IMG/VR virus record: IMGVR_UViG_3300044740_000064
Coordinates: 1-35,626 of that record
Reading direction: 5' to 3' (one strand)
DNA: 35,626 nucleotides
From: a virus
Lineage: Duplodnaviria; Caudoviricetes
Below, in pieces: positions 27,080 through 35,508 of this stretch (position 1 is its first letter; each line of letters starts with the position of its first letter). The position numbers were made by a program, and so were the translations under genes. The notes below the pieces were generated by a model. The model saw only the letters and a list, made by a program, of their open reading frames with translations, searched no databases and had not been told where the DNA came from.

Positions 27080-27430
27080 ATGGCAGTCTTTCAGCAAGAA
27101 ACCCGTGTAGCCGTATGGCGAAACAACATCCCCGTTGCAGGGATGTCAAATGTCCCTGTTCGTATCCGATACATGAGTTATAAAGAAGCGGAGGCCCTCG
27201 GTGGTTCGGCTCCCTATGACTCGTTTTCCATTTCGACGATGCAAGGAGTTGTAGACATCCAGAGGAAGGACTTACTGGTAGACCAAGTGAATCTTGACCC
27301 AATCACGAACATGAACATGGTTTTCCGCGTCTTCGGTATTCCTCACGTCTTAGATACGTCCTACGTTCGTCTTGCCGCTGAGAAGGCAGCAGGCATACAA
27401 AACGTTGGGTTAGCATCACCGTCAAGATAG
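27080..27430 (+). CDS. Putative head closure/stopper protein
   Basis: AAGGAGG RBS; size and position after the adaptor; DIQRKDLLVD...FRVFG. Confidence 0.55.
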   Translation: MAVFQQETRVAVWRNNIPVAGMSNVPVRIRYMSYKEAEALGGSAPYDSFSISTMQGVVDIQRKDLLVDQVNLDPITNMNMVFRVFGIPHVLDTSYVRLAAEKAAGIQNVGLASPSR

Positions 27431-27439
27431 GAGTGTGGC

Positions 27440-27844
27440 ATGGCAGAGATGTTCTCGATCAGTTGGAGTCCTGAGTCCCTGAAACAAATTGCTCAGCTAG
27501 TCGGAATGGCAGGAATGCTCACCCCTGCCATTCAGCAAGCCTTAAGCAAGGGAGCCGATACGATCATCAAGGCATCTCAGGACAATATGCCGTGGGGACC
27601 TGGGCCACTCTATGACAGCATGCAGAAGATGAGTGCTTCTCCGTGGGAGATCGACATCGGGAGTGACCTTCCGTATGCACATAGAAGAGAATTTTCTTTC
27701 AAAGGTCCAGACAGACTAGGGAGAATGTTCCCGAACGACCCAGCGGCATTTTTTTTAACCGATGCACTAGCGGCCCATCAAGATGACATTTTAGAGTTGC
27801 TTCAACAGGGAATTGAAGCAACTCTAAGCCAGGGAGGGAGTTGA
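27440..27844 (+). CDS. HK97 gp10-like / virion morphogenesis neck protein
   Basis: GPLYDSM...IGSDLPYAHRREF...FFLTDAL motif; position. Confidence 0.7.
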   Translation: MAEMFSISWSPESLKQIAQLVGMAGMLTPAIQQALSKGADTIIKASQDNMPWGPGPLYDSMQKMSASPWEIDIGSDLPYAHRREFSFKGPDRLGRMFPNDPAAFFLTDALAAHQDDILELLQQGIEATLSQGGS

Positions 27845-27846
27845 TG

Positions 27847-29559
27847 CTACAGCAGCCTCCCTCCGGCTATCCATTCATGGGGATACCTAGCCTGCTTTTG
27901 TCTATTGCACTTGGGGCAAGCCAGCACCAGGTAACTGATGTCATTAGCGGGAATATCGGTCCCCGCGACCCGCGAGAGCGGAAAGGTGTGATCGACTTCG
28001 AAAATGTATTTCCATTTGCCATTGGGCTGCTTGATGCGCTGAAATTTGGCCTGTCCACAAGCCAGGTAATAGCAGCGAAACTTTTGCCGATGCAGTTGCT
28101 CTTGAATTTGCGCGGGGGTATACGTTCCAGCGACACCAAGCTTGGCGGCCCGTTTCCTGCTATCAGTTGCTTTGCCCTCCATGCGATATCGTTTGGCACG
28201 TGCGCGTGCCTGCTCTCGCAGATAGTCCCTTCGTCGCTCATAGTAGGCTTGCCGGTCCTCCCTCTTCCTTTGCCGATAAGCTATGCCATATACTCTCTGT
28301 CGGGCTTGAATTTCTGGTTTGCGATAATGTGCTTTGTGCCTGACCTTAGAGCAAGTCTTGCACTCAGATTGCAACCTATCTGCACTCAAAGCCGTGAAAT
28401 GGAAATGGTCCAAATCGGCAGGAAGTTGCTGCTTGCAGGCCGTACACGTCTTGAAAGGACTCTTTGGCAGAATAATCCGCGGAGTCGTTGCTATTCGTCT
28501 TTTGGCTGCCTCACTACGACATTGCTTGCATTCAAAGTGCAACCCATCCTTTGTCGTCTTGCTGGCATGGAAAAACGCCGTTGTAGGAGGTTTCCACTGC
28601 TCGCATCGTACACACTGCTTCAAGCCATCGATATGCCGATTGACTCTGCTACTTGGATGGGTGGCAGCATATTCTTGTTTACAACATTCCTTGCAGGTGG
28701 ACACAACCCCATAGGCATACAGAATGCCAGAATGGAAGTACTCAGTCGTGGCAGGCAGGAGTCTTTGACACCCCTTGCATTCTTTGTAGGGAGTCTCTTG
28801 AAGAGGATGAGCGGCAGAGTCCGCACGTCTGCGAGCCATGCGGTTCTGAACCTGAATACGCCGTCGCTGTTTGACCTCCTCACGTTGGCTATAGGTGCGG
28901 CGTGTGGTTCGTATTTGTTCCTGATGCGTTCGCCGATACTGTCGTCTATAATCTCGCTCATGCTCTTTGTGAGCTTGTCGATACTGTCTCCGATATGCCC
29001 TCTGCTCTTCGCTATGAGCCTTGTCGTAAGCTCGTCGCTTCTCTTTGCCTCCTGGTCTGTCACGATACTGTTTCAAGGCCAACTTAGAGCAGGTTCGGCA
29101 TTGTGGATCCAATCTATCCTTCGTACTTCGGTTCAAGTTAAAGAACTCTTGAGTGGACGGGAAGAATTGTCCACAAGTAGAACACTGTTTCTGCTCAGCC
29201 TGTGGAAGTGGCGTCTTTGGTTTGCTAGCAATATGAGCTTTGCGATAGGCATTTCGGCACTCTCTGCATTGCCTATTCAAGCCATCAGGAGAGGCGTAGG
29301 TAGCCGTCGCATTGAAGAACTCAGTAGTAGCAAGCTTGACCTTTTGACAGGTGCGGCATCGCTTATATCCGTCGGGAACTGGTGGAAGAACTTCTTTAGG
29401 AGTCTTCTGGCAGGTTCTACAGATGGTACGCCACCCATCCTTTTTGCTCCGGTCACGGGTGTAGTACTCAGAGGTAGCAGGAAGGGACTGCTTACATCGG
29501 TTGCATTGCTTGTAGGCAACGTCTTGAGGGAAAAGAGTCTCTTGGGGTATAATGCTCAT
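27847..29559 (-). CDS. HNH homing endonuclease with six tandem CxxC...CxxC Zn-finger repeats
   Basis: C-terminal EVDHTFPLSR...NDISYLVLACPKCNRQK; six K.CxxC...(P)AT.E(Y/F)F...CxxC units; GGAG RBS before ATG 29559 (ORF track start 29625). Confidence 0.9.
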   Translation of the reverse strand: MSIIPQETLFPQDVAYKQCNRCKQSLPATSEYYTRDRSKKDGWRTICRTCQKTPKEVLPPVPDGYKRCRTCQKVKLATTEFFNATATYASPDGLNRQCRECRNAYRKAHIASKPKTPLPQAEQKQCSTCGQFFPSTQEFFNLNRSTKDRLDPQCRTCSKLALKQYRDRPGGKEKRRAYDKAHSEEQRAYRRQYRQAHKEHERDYRRQYRRTHQEQIRTTRRTYSQREEVKQRRRIQVQNRMARRRADSAAHPLQETPYKECKGCQRLLPATTEYFHSGILYAYGVVSTCKECCKQEYAATHPSSRVNRHIDGLKQCVRCEQWKPPTTAFFHASKTTKDGLHFECKQCRSEAAKRRIATTPRIILPKSPFKTCTACKQQLPADLDHFHFTALSADRLQSECKTCSKVRHKAHYRKPEIQARQRVYGIAYRQRKREDRQAYYERRRDYLREQARARAKRYRMEGKATDSRKRAAKLGVAGTYTPAQIQEQLHRQKFRCYYLACGQAKFQRIKQPNGKWKYIFEVDHTFPLSRVAGTDIPANDISYLVLACPKCNRQKQARYPHEWIAGGRLL

Positions 29560-29665
29560 ACGGCAAAGCTCCATTTCTTTGTCGTCACGCTCAGGGGTGC
29601 CGCAAACACCGCCTGGGCAAAACAATATTTCCCTCTATTCTACCACAAACCCGCTTGTCAAGCAA
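29524..29665. promoter_or_regulatory. Convergent promoters around the HNH start with a leader hairpin
   Basis: Minus TTGCTT-17-TAGAAT (29665-29637, TGn extended); plus TTGAGG-18-TATAAT (29524-29553); hairpin at 29589-29618. Confidence 0.5.
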
Positions 29666-29703
29666 ATCTACGGCCAATTTCTTTTCCCAAAAATGGAGGT
29701 TCT

Positions 29704-29907
29704 ATGACCTGCTCATCTCATCACCCACTCCACAATCATGAGCATGCTACCCGTCCACATGCAGCACATCACCGCATGATCCACAACCCGACTCACCACA
29801 TCCGTGCTCATGGTGCCCATCATGCTCACCTTGCCCGCCATGACCAGCGCTCCTGTGGCACAACGCATTCCACGCGGCATCAGAGCACTCATGGGAGGAG
29901 ACACTAA
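29704..29907 (+). CDS. Small His-rich protein (67 aa, about 20 His)
   Basis: GGAGG RBS, ATG 29704, TAATG coupling to next gene. Confidence 0.6.
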   Translation: MTCSSHHPLHNHEHATRPHAAHHRMIHNPTHHIRAHGAHHAHLARHDQRSCGTTHSTRHQSTHGRRH

Positions 29908-30392
29908 TGCCAGCAAATACCGCCGCCGTTCTGAGTCAAATCATTTCCATGCTTCAGGGCATCCAGATCAACGGCGAGCCAATCTGGGGAGTGAACTCAG
30001 GCTCAGCCTATCCCAACAACTCCGTCCGTGCAGGCGTCTTCCTCGACGTGGTGGACTTGCTCCCTACTGCTGAGGTGACACTCGTGAAGGATGAGACCGC
30101 ACGGTATGCACTGGGTGGCAAGATTGATGATAGCCAGATCTTCCAGATCAGAGTCACGGTCAACTATGCCGATGCGCCCACTGCTGAGTCACAAGTGATA
30201 GCAATCAGGGATGCACTGACACAGACGTTCCATGCGTCGGCACGGCTTGGGGGACTCAATGGCGTGGAGTTTTCCGGTCTCATTCCTGGGTCAGGGCAAT
30301 ATGGCTACGTTCTGAGAAACAATCTCTGGTTTCGAGGCTACGAGGTGCATCTCCACGTTCGCTATGAATACATGGTTCAGATTGTCCCGTAG
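29907..30392 (+). CDS. Putative tail terminator/completion protein
   Basis: Size, position after gp10-like gene, LPTAEV...FQIRVTV...IRDALTQTF pattern. Confidence 0.6.
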   Translation: MPANTAAVLSQIISMLQGIQINGEPIWGVNSGSAYPNNSVRAGVFLDVVDLLPTAEVTLVKDETARYALGGKIDDSQIFQIRVTVNYADAPTAESQVIAIRDALTQTFHASARLGGLNGVEFSGLIPGSGQYGYVLRNNLWFRGYEVHLHVRYEYMVQIVP

Positions 30393-30413
30393 TTCAGAAG
30401 AGAGAGGTGTCAC

Positions 30414-31199
30414 ATGTCCAATTATTCTGCCATGATTCTGGCAGATAATCCGATTCGATATTTTAGACTGAATGAGGGAAGTGGCACCGTCGCGCATGAT
30501 CTCTCTTCCTCTGGGCAAAACGGCACGCTGGGTGGGACCATCACGCTCAATCAACCGGCCTTGATAAGTGGAGATTCCGGGGCCAGCAGCATGCTCTTCG
30601 ACGGAAGTTCTGGCTCGATTAGTGTTCCAACAACAGGACTGCCCATCCTCGGCTTACCCTGGTCTATGGAGGCATGGATCAAAGTCCCCTCCCCGGCCTC
30701 GGGTCCGGCAGGTCCTTGTATTATGGGATTTGGCACGACGGGCACCAATCAGGCCGTGACCCTCTTTTATCAGGGATCGAACAAGCAGTTCGTCGTGGCC
30801 ACCTGGAACAATGTAGGGGTGTTTACGGGGACACTCCTCGCCAGTCAGATCTATCATCTCGTCGGGACGTATGATCGTGTGACCCTGTGCCTCTATATCA
30901 ATGGAAGCCTTGCTGGCTCTTCAGCCGTCACCTTCAATCTGGGGAGTACCTTTGCCCAAATCGGCAATGACTCGACCACCAACTGGTTTGGGGGCTCCAT
31001 CGCTGAGGTCGCATGGTATGCCTACCCGCTCTCGGCTTCCCAGGTCGCCAAACACTACCTGGTCGGGAAGAACTCCCTCAATGTCCAGATTGTCGATACC
31101 TCCGGGCATATCCCAGGACTGGCCGCCACCTATCCGCCCAATTTTGTGATTGACATTGATGCGGCGGGCAACTATGGAGGGATGCAAAGTTCAACCTAG
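30414..31199 (+). CDS. LamG/ConA-like protein with C-terminal motif B
   Basis: GAGGTG RBS; PIRYFRLNEGSG...WSMEAW...YHLVGTYD; ends GHIPGLAATYPPN...DAAGNYGG. Confidence 0.88.
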   Translation: MSNYSAMILADNPIRYFRLNEGSGTVAHDLSSSGQNGTLGGTITLNQPALISGDSGASSMLFDGSSGSISVPTTGLPILGLPWSMEAWIKVPSPASGPAGPCIMGFGTTGTNQAVTLFYQGSNKQFVVATWNNVGVFTGTLLASQIYHLVGTYDRVTLCLYINGSLAGSSAVTFNLGSTFAQIGNDSTTNWFGGSIAEVAWYAYPLSASQVAKHYLVGKNSLNVQIVDTSGHIPGLAATYPPNFVIDIDAAGNYGGMQSST

Positions 31200-31207
31200 A
31201 GGGGAAG

Positions 31208-34200
31208 ATGATGACTGACTATTATGCGAATGTGATCCTGGCTGATAATCCTGTGCGATACTTCCGTCTCAATGGAGTGCAAGCGCAAGATAGTAGTGGC
31301 CAGAATGCGAATGGGACGCTGAGTGGAGGCGTCACGACGGGGCAGCCAGGGCTGATCACGCGAACGACGGACTCCTGTATGTCCTTTGACGGGACCTCGG
31401 GCGTGGTGAGTTGTCCGACGACAGGACTGCCCACGGGAGCCTCCTCATGGACGATGGAGTGTTGGGTCAAGATGCCCTCCCCACAGGCCACGGGGTTTCC
31501 GATCATCCTGGGCTTTGGAACAGCGAGCGGGAACAATGCCGCCGTTCTGTACCTGGATGCGGCCAACCACCGCTTTGATTTGGGCACGTGGGCCACCGAC
31601 CTGGTGCTCGGGGGCTCGGTCACGGCCAATACGATCTACCACCTGGTCGGCACCTACGATGGCACCACGGCGACCTTGTATGTCAATGGCGTCAAGATTG
31701 GAAGTGTGGCCACCACGTTCAACATCAGCTTAACTTTTTTTCAGATTGGAGGAGCTGGAACCACCTTCTTTTCAGGGCTGGTCGATGAGGCGGCTCTCTA
31801 CTCCTCTGCCCTCAGCGCTACCCAGGTTGCCCATCATTATCATGCGGGGCAGACGGTTTCCCTGCCCTGGTTGACCGTCTCCTCTACTGGACAGATTCTT
31901 GATCCGATTTCCAACACCACGGTGCCTTTATGCGGGGTCAATACGGCGGGCTTTGAGTATGGGAATGCACAGTATCTCTATCAACAAGCGCGTCTCCAGT
32001 CCGTCACGACCTTGACACACGCCACCTATTGGCGCTTGGCGATCAATACGGAGTGGTGGAATAGCAATGTGCCGCTTCCTGGAGGAGGCAATGCCTTTGC
32101 CACGAATTATCAGCCGTGGATACAAACGGTGATCGGGTGGATCAAAGCCGCAGGATGTTATGTGCTGATTGATGCTGGCCCCGCCTTTACGATGCTTCCC
32201 TCAACAAGCAGCACACAATGCCAGGTGCTTGACTTTACCCCACCACTTCCGCTGACGTATATCAACCCTCCCGTGTGTAATCCGCCCATGTCCACCGCAG
32301 ACTACGACTCGTTTGCCGGACGCACCGTTTCAGGCACGTGGGGAACGTCACCTAGTGGAAGCACATGGAGTGTCAGCGGGTCACCAGCCCTTGCGGTCTC
32401 CGGGAGTGTGGGAACGGTAAGCGGTGGGACCCCTGGATATATGACACTTGGAACCACTTCAGCTCAGACGCTTGAGGTGCAAGTACACTTCCAGGCCAGT
32501 GGGATTGCGACCAGCGGTGGTGATGAGATCGGGTTGCTGCTGTGCTACACGAATACGAATAATTTTTATCGCGCACGGATTACCCAAACAACGTTTGCTC
32601 TTGAGAAAATGTCGGGTGGAAGTCTCACCACGCTTGCCACCACCACGGTTACCGTCTCCAATGCGACCTTGTATTCCTTCTGGTTCTTTGTCAGCACGAC
32701 GGGAAGTAATGCGGCCCTTTATGCGGAGTTTTGGGATGATGCTCTGACGGTTGATTATTGGATGCGTGCAACGGATACCAGCGCCTTGCCCAGCGGGAAG
32801 GGGGGAATCTATGCCTTCCCCAAGGGGAGTGATACGATCTCTGTTGATAACTTTTATATCAATACGCCAATCACGAGTTGCAATCCATCGCAAAATACGC
32901 AGAATTTCCCCCCGTGGACACAAGATCAGCATGTGACCTCTCTTCAAAACTTTTTTACTTCCTTCGTGCCGCTCTATCAACATGATCCTGCCATCTTCTA
33001 TAATGCCATTAACGAGCCAGCAGGGTGGCCCTGGACAGATGTTGTCGCGGCGAATAAGCAGGTGCTCTCGACCATCAGAGGCTTGCAACCAGACTCGCTG
33101 GTCTTCCTGTATAACAATTCGTATGCCCAACAGGTGATACAGGGATCGACCCCGGACTATTCGGGCGCTGGCCTTGTCATCGATTGGCATATTTATGATG
33201 GCGGGTCCAATAATCCGTGGTATAACAAGTTGGGAAGGCAGCAGTCCTCTTGGACCTATGCGCAACAACATGGTCATGGATTTTCCGTGAATGAATGGAA
33301 TGTGGGAGGGGGAAGCATCTGGCAGCCCCAAGACTATGCAAGCGCTATTGCGAATCTGTCGGTCTCACAAGGAGCCCCAGTTTGCTATTACCAAGACGGC
33401 AACTTGGTGCAGGGTGATAATGTCACCCTCACGACCGAGGGAACTCTTGTTGCGACGGTCTATCAAGCGCTTCGCAATGGGGCATCACAGTGGTATTCGT
33501 CATTCTATCGTTCGCGAAAGGTGATCACTCTTCTCGCCTCTGCTGTCAGTCAGGCGGATGCTCCCCTTCCGTATACTGACTTCCCCGTGCTCATCTCGCT
33601 CTCTGATCCCGCGCTCAAGACCATTCCAACAGGCACCATCACCAACAGCTCAGGCTATGACATCATCTTTACGGATGCCTTGCAAGCCTCTCAATTGCCC
33701 CATGAGATAGAGTCCTACGACGGTGCAACTGGGCGTCTTCTCGCATGGGTTCGCGTGCCACTCCTTTCTCCCGTGGTCAATACACAGATCGTGATGTACT
33801 TCGGAAATCCCGCCATTACCACAAGCCAAGCGTCTCCTTCTGGCGTTTGGGATAGCAACTATCAGGGAGTGTGGCATCTCTCGGATCAGGGGGCAGGGAG
33901 TAGCGTTCTGGACTCCACAGCCAATCTGCGCATCGGCACCAGCAGTGCAATCACCTCTTCCCGAACGCTCACCGGGATCGTTTCACGTTGCCTCTCCTTC
34001 AATGGGATCTCTGATAAAATCACGTTTGGAAGTACTTCCCTCCCCACTGGCTCCTTGCCTTGGACAATCGAAGCCTGGATCAATTCGGCGAGTGTTGGCA
34101 CCTCTCAAACCGCCGTCTTCTTCGGAACTGCTACCACCAATGAGGGACCTGCGCTCTACCTGTGGACGGACGCACGCGCCTATTTGGGGACCTGGAATGG

Positions 34201-35293
34201 CAACAATGTGTCCTCAACTTCCACGCTCTCGAATGGGAACTGGTATCACGTGGTCGGGACCTTTAGCGGGGGAACGAACGGCACGTTGTCGCTCTACCTC
34301 AATGGCCAATTACAAGGGACACTGACCTGTACGCCGAATGTTGTCCTCTCTCAAGGGATGATTGGCTCGGACCCGAGCAATGCCTGGTTTCGTGGGAGCA
34401 TTGATGAGGTACGGATTTCCACCATCGCCCGGGATGCGGGTTGGATTGCGACCTCTTATGCCAACCAGTCCTCCCCTTCCACCTTTTACACAGTCGGGCG
34501 TGTCCCTGCGGATGTCCCCGCTCCCTATCGGGACCTCGTGTCAGCTTCCAATCCGATTCGGTACTATCGGTTCGATGAGACCAGTCTCACCAATCTCGCA
34601 GACGTTGCCTCCAAGCAGAGTGGAACCTGTGCTGGAACCATCACACTCTTACAGACCAGCTTGATTGCAGGGGACGCAGATAATGCGATCCTGTTTGACG
34701 GGGTGACAGGATACATCAGCGTTCCAACGACAGGACTGCCAACGGGAGGACTCCCCTGGTCGATGGAAGCGTGGGTCCGTGTGCCCGTTCTGGCAAGTAG
34801 TGGAACGCCAACGATCATGGGCTTTGGCACATCCTCGACCAACCAGGCTGCCTTGCTCTCCTATCTGGGGAGTTCTAAACAGTTCCAAATCTCTGGTGTG
34901 ACGACACCCACGGTCACGGGGGGAACCATTCTCGCCAATGACACCTATCATGTCGTGGCGACCTATGATCGTGTGACGGTCTGCCTCTACGTGAACGGCG
35001 TCCTGGTCGGCTCTTCACCTGGCACATTCAACCTGGGCAGTACTTTTGCTCAAATCGGCAATGACAGTACCACCAATTACTTCGGAGGCATCATTGATGA
35101 AGTGGCCTGGTATGCCTACCCGCTCACCGCCGCACAAATTGCCAAACACTATCGTGTGGGCAAGAATGGGCTCTCGGCCTCCATCGCCGATAGCAATGGG
35201 CATATCCCAGGGCTTGCCGCGACCTATCCCCCCAATGTGGCAGTCTACGTCGATGCAGCTGGCAACTTTGGGGGATATTCTAATGCGACTTGA
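31208..35293 (+). CDS. Multidomain protein: LamG - GH5-like glycoside hydrolase (with inserted beta-sandwich) - DUF2341 - LamG - LamG - motif B
   Basis: LCGVNTAGFEYG, WRLAINTEWW, GCYVLID, INEP (acid/base), DWHIY, VNEW (nucleophile); three LamG signatures. Confidence 0.85.
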   Translation: MMTDYYANVILADNPVRYFRLNGVQAQDSSGQNANGTLSGGVTTGQPGLITRTTDSCMSFDGTSGVVSCPTTGLPTGASSWTMECWVKMPSPQATGFPIILGFGTASGNNAAVLYLDAANHRFDLGTWATDLVLGGSVTANTIYHLVGTYDGTTATLYVNGVKIGSVATTFNISLTFFQIGGAGTTFFSGLVDEAALYSSALSATQVAHHYHAGQTVSLPWLTVSSTGQILDPISNTTVPLCGVNTAGFEYGNAQYLYQQARLQSVTTLTHATYWRLAINTEWWNSNVPLPGGGNAFATNYQPWIQTVIGWIKAAGCYVLIDAGPAFTMLPSTSSTQCQVLDFTPPLPLTYINPPVCNPPMSTADYDSFAGRTVSGTWGTSPSGSTWSVSGSPALAVSGSVGTVSGGTPGYMTLGTTSAQTLEVQVHFQASGIATSGGDEIGLLLCYTNTNNFYRARITQTTFALEKMSGGSLTTLATTTVTVSNATLYSFWFFVSTTGSNAALYAEFWDDALTVDYWMRATDTSALPSGKGGIYAFPKGSDTISVDNFYINTPITSCNPSQNTQNFPPWTQDQHVTSLQNFFTSFVPLYQHDPAIFYNAINEPAGWPWTDVVAANKQVLSTIRGLQPDSLVFLYNNSYAQQVIQGSTPDYSGAGLVIDWHIYDGGSNNPWYNKLGRQQSSWTYAQQHGHGFSVNEWNVGGGSIWQPQDYASAIANLSVSQGAPVCYYQDGNLVQGDNVTLTTEGTLVATVYQALRNGASQWYSSFYRSRKVITLLASAVSQADAPLPYTDFPVLISLSDPALKTIPTGTITNSSGYDIIFTDALQASQLPHEIESYDGATGRLLAWVRVPLLSPVVNTQIVMYFGNPAITTSQASPSGVWDSNYQGVWHLSDQGAGSSVLDSTANLRIGTSSAITSSRTLTGIVSRCLSFNGISDKITFGSTSLPTGSLPWTIEAWINSASVGTSQTAVFFGTATTNEGPALYLWTDARAYLGTWNGNNVSSTSTLSNGNWYHVVGTFSGGTNGTLSLYLNGQLQGTLTCTPNVVLSQGMIGSDPSNAWFRGSIDEVRISTIARDAGWIATSYANQSSPSTFYTVGRVPADVPAPYRDLVSASNPIRYYRFDETSLTNLADVASKQSGTCAGTITLLQTSLIAGDADNAILFDGVTGYISVPTTGLPTGGLPWSMEAWVRVPVLASSGTPTIMGFGTSSTNQAALLSYLGSSKQFQISGVTTPTVTGGTILANDTYHVVATYDRVTVCLYVNGVLVGSSPGTFNLGSTFAQIGNDSTTNYFGGIIDEVAWYAYPLTAAQIAKHYRVGKNGLSASIADSNGHIPGLAATYPPNVAVYVDAAGNFGGYSNAT

Positions 35294-35416
35294 TTAGCAA
35301 TCGGAGCGAGAAGCTTCGTGCTCTCGCCTGATCTCACGGTACGCCAAGTAGCCGATCCAAAGATAGGCAGCAATACCACCAATGACTGAACATGCGAGCA
35401 CTAAAAGAAGACGCAT
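35294..35416 (-). CDS. Small single-pass membrane protein, 40 aa (MRLLLVLACSVIGGIAAYLWIGYLAYREIRREHEASRSDC), not in ORF track
   Basis: GAAAGGA RBS, ATG 35416, TAA abutting the upstream gene's TGA; hydrophobic helix plus charged tail. Confidence 0.65.
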   Translation of the reverse strand: MRLLLVLACSVIGGIAAYLWIGYLAYREIRREHEASRSDC

Positions 35417-35460
35417 AGACGATCCTTTCATTTCATGAGCGAATGTGTTCACGAAGTGAA

Positions 35461-35490
35461 AGTATAACAGGGAGGAGTGATCCCTGTCAC
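35461..35490 (-). promoter_or_regulatory. Putative promoter for the 40-aa membrane protein
   Basis: GTGACA-18 bp-TATACT with TGn extension on the minus strand. Confidence 0.55.
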
Positions 35491-35508
35491 TTTAAGTAGG
35501 AAAGAAAT

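Larger units (their letters stand above)
27844..29907 (+). other. Stop-free antisense overlay ORF (687 aa) spanning the inverted HNH gene, coupled at both ends
   Basis: TGATG overlap with gp10-like stop, GGAGGGAG RBS, TAATG overlap with next gene; translation unproven. Confidence 0.45.

Noticed and set aside
32459-33331. 290-aa minus-strand ORF
   Set aside because: In-register shadow of the GH5 gene with no recognisable motif or coupling; kept only as a background control for antisense ORF length.
30414-35293. Diversity-generating retroelement TR/VR pair in the duplicated LamG + motif B ends
   Set aside because: Both copies are coding, differences are not adenine-specific, and no reverse transcriptase is present in the window.
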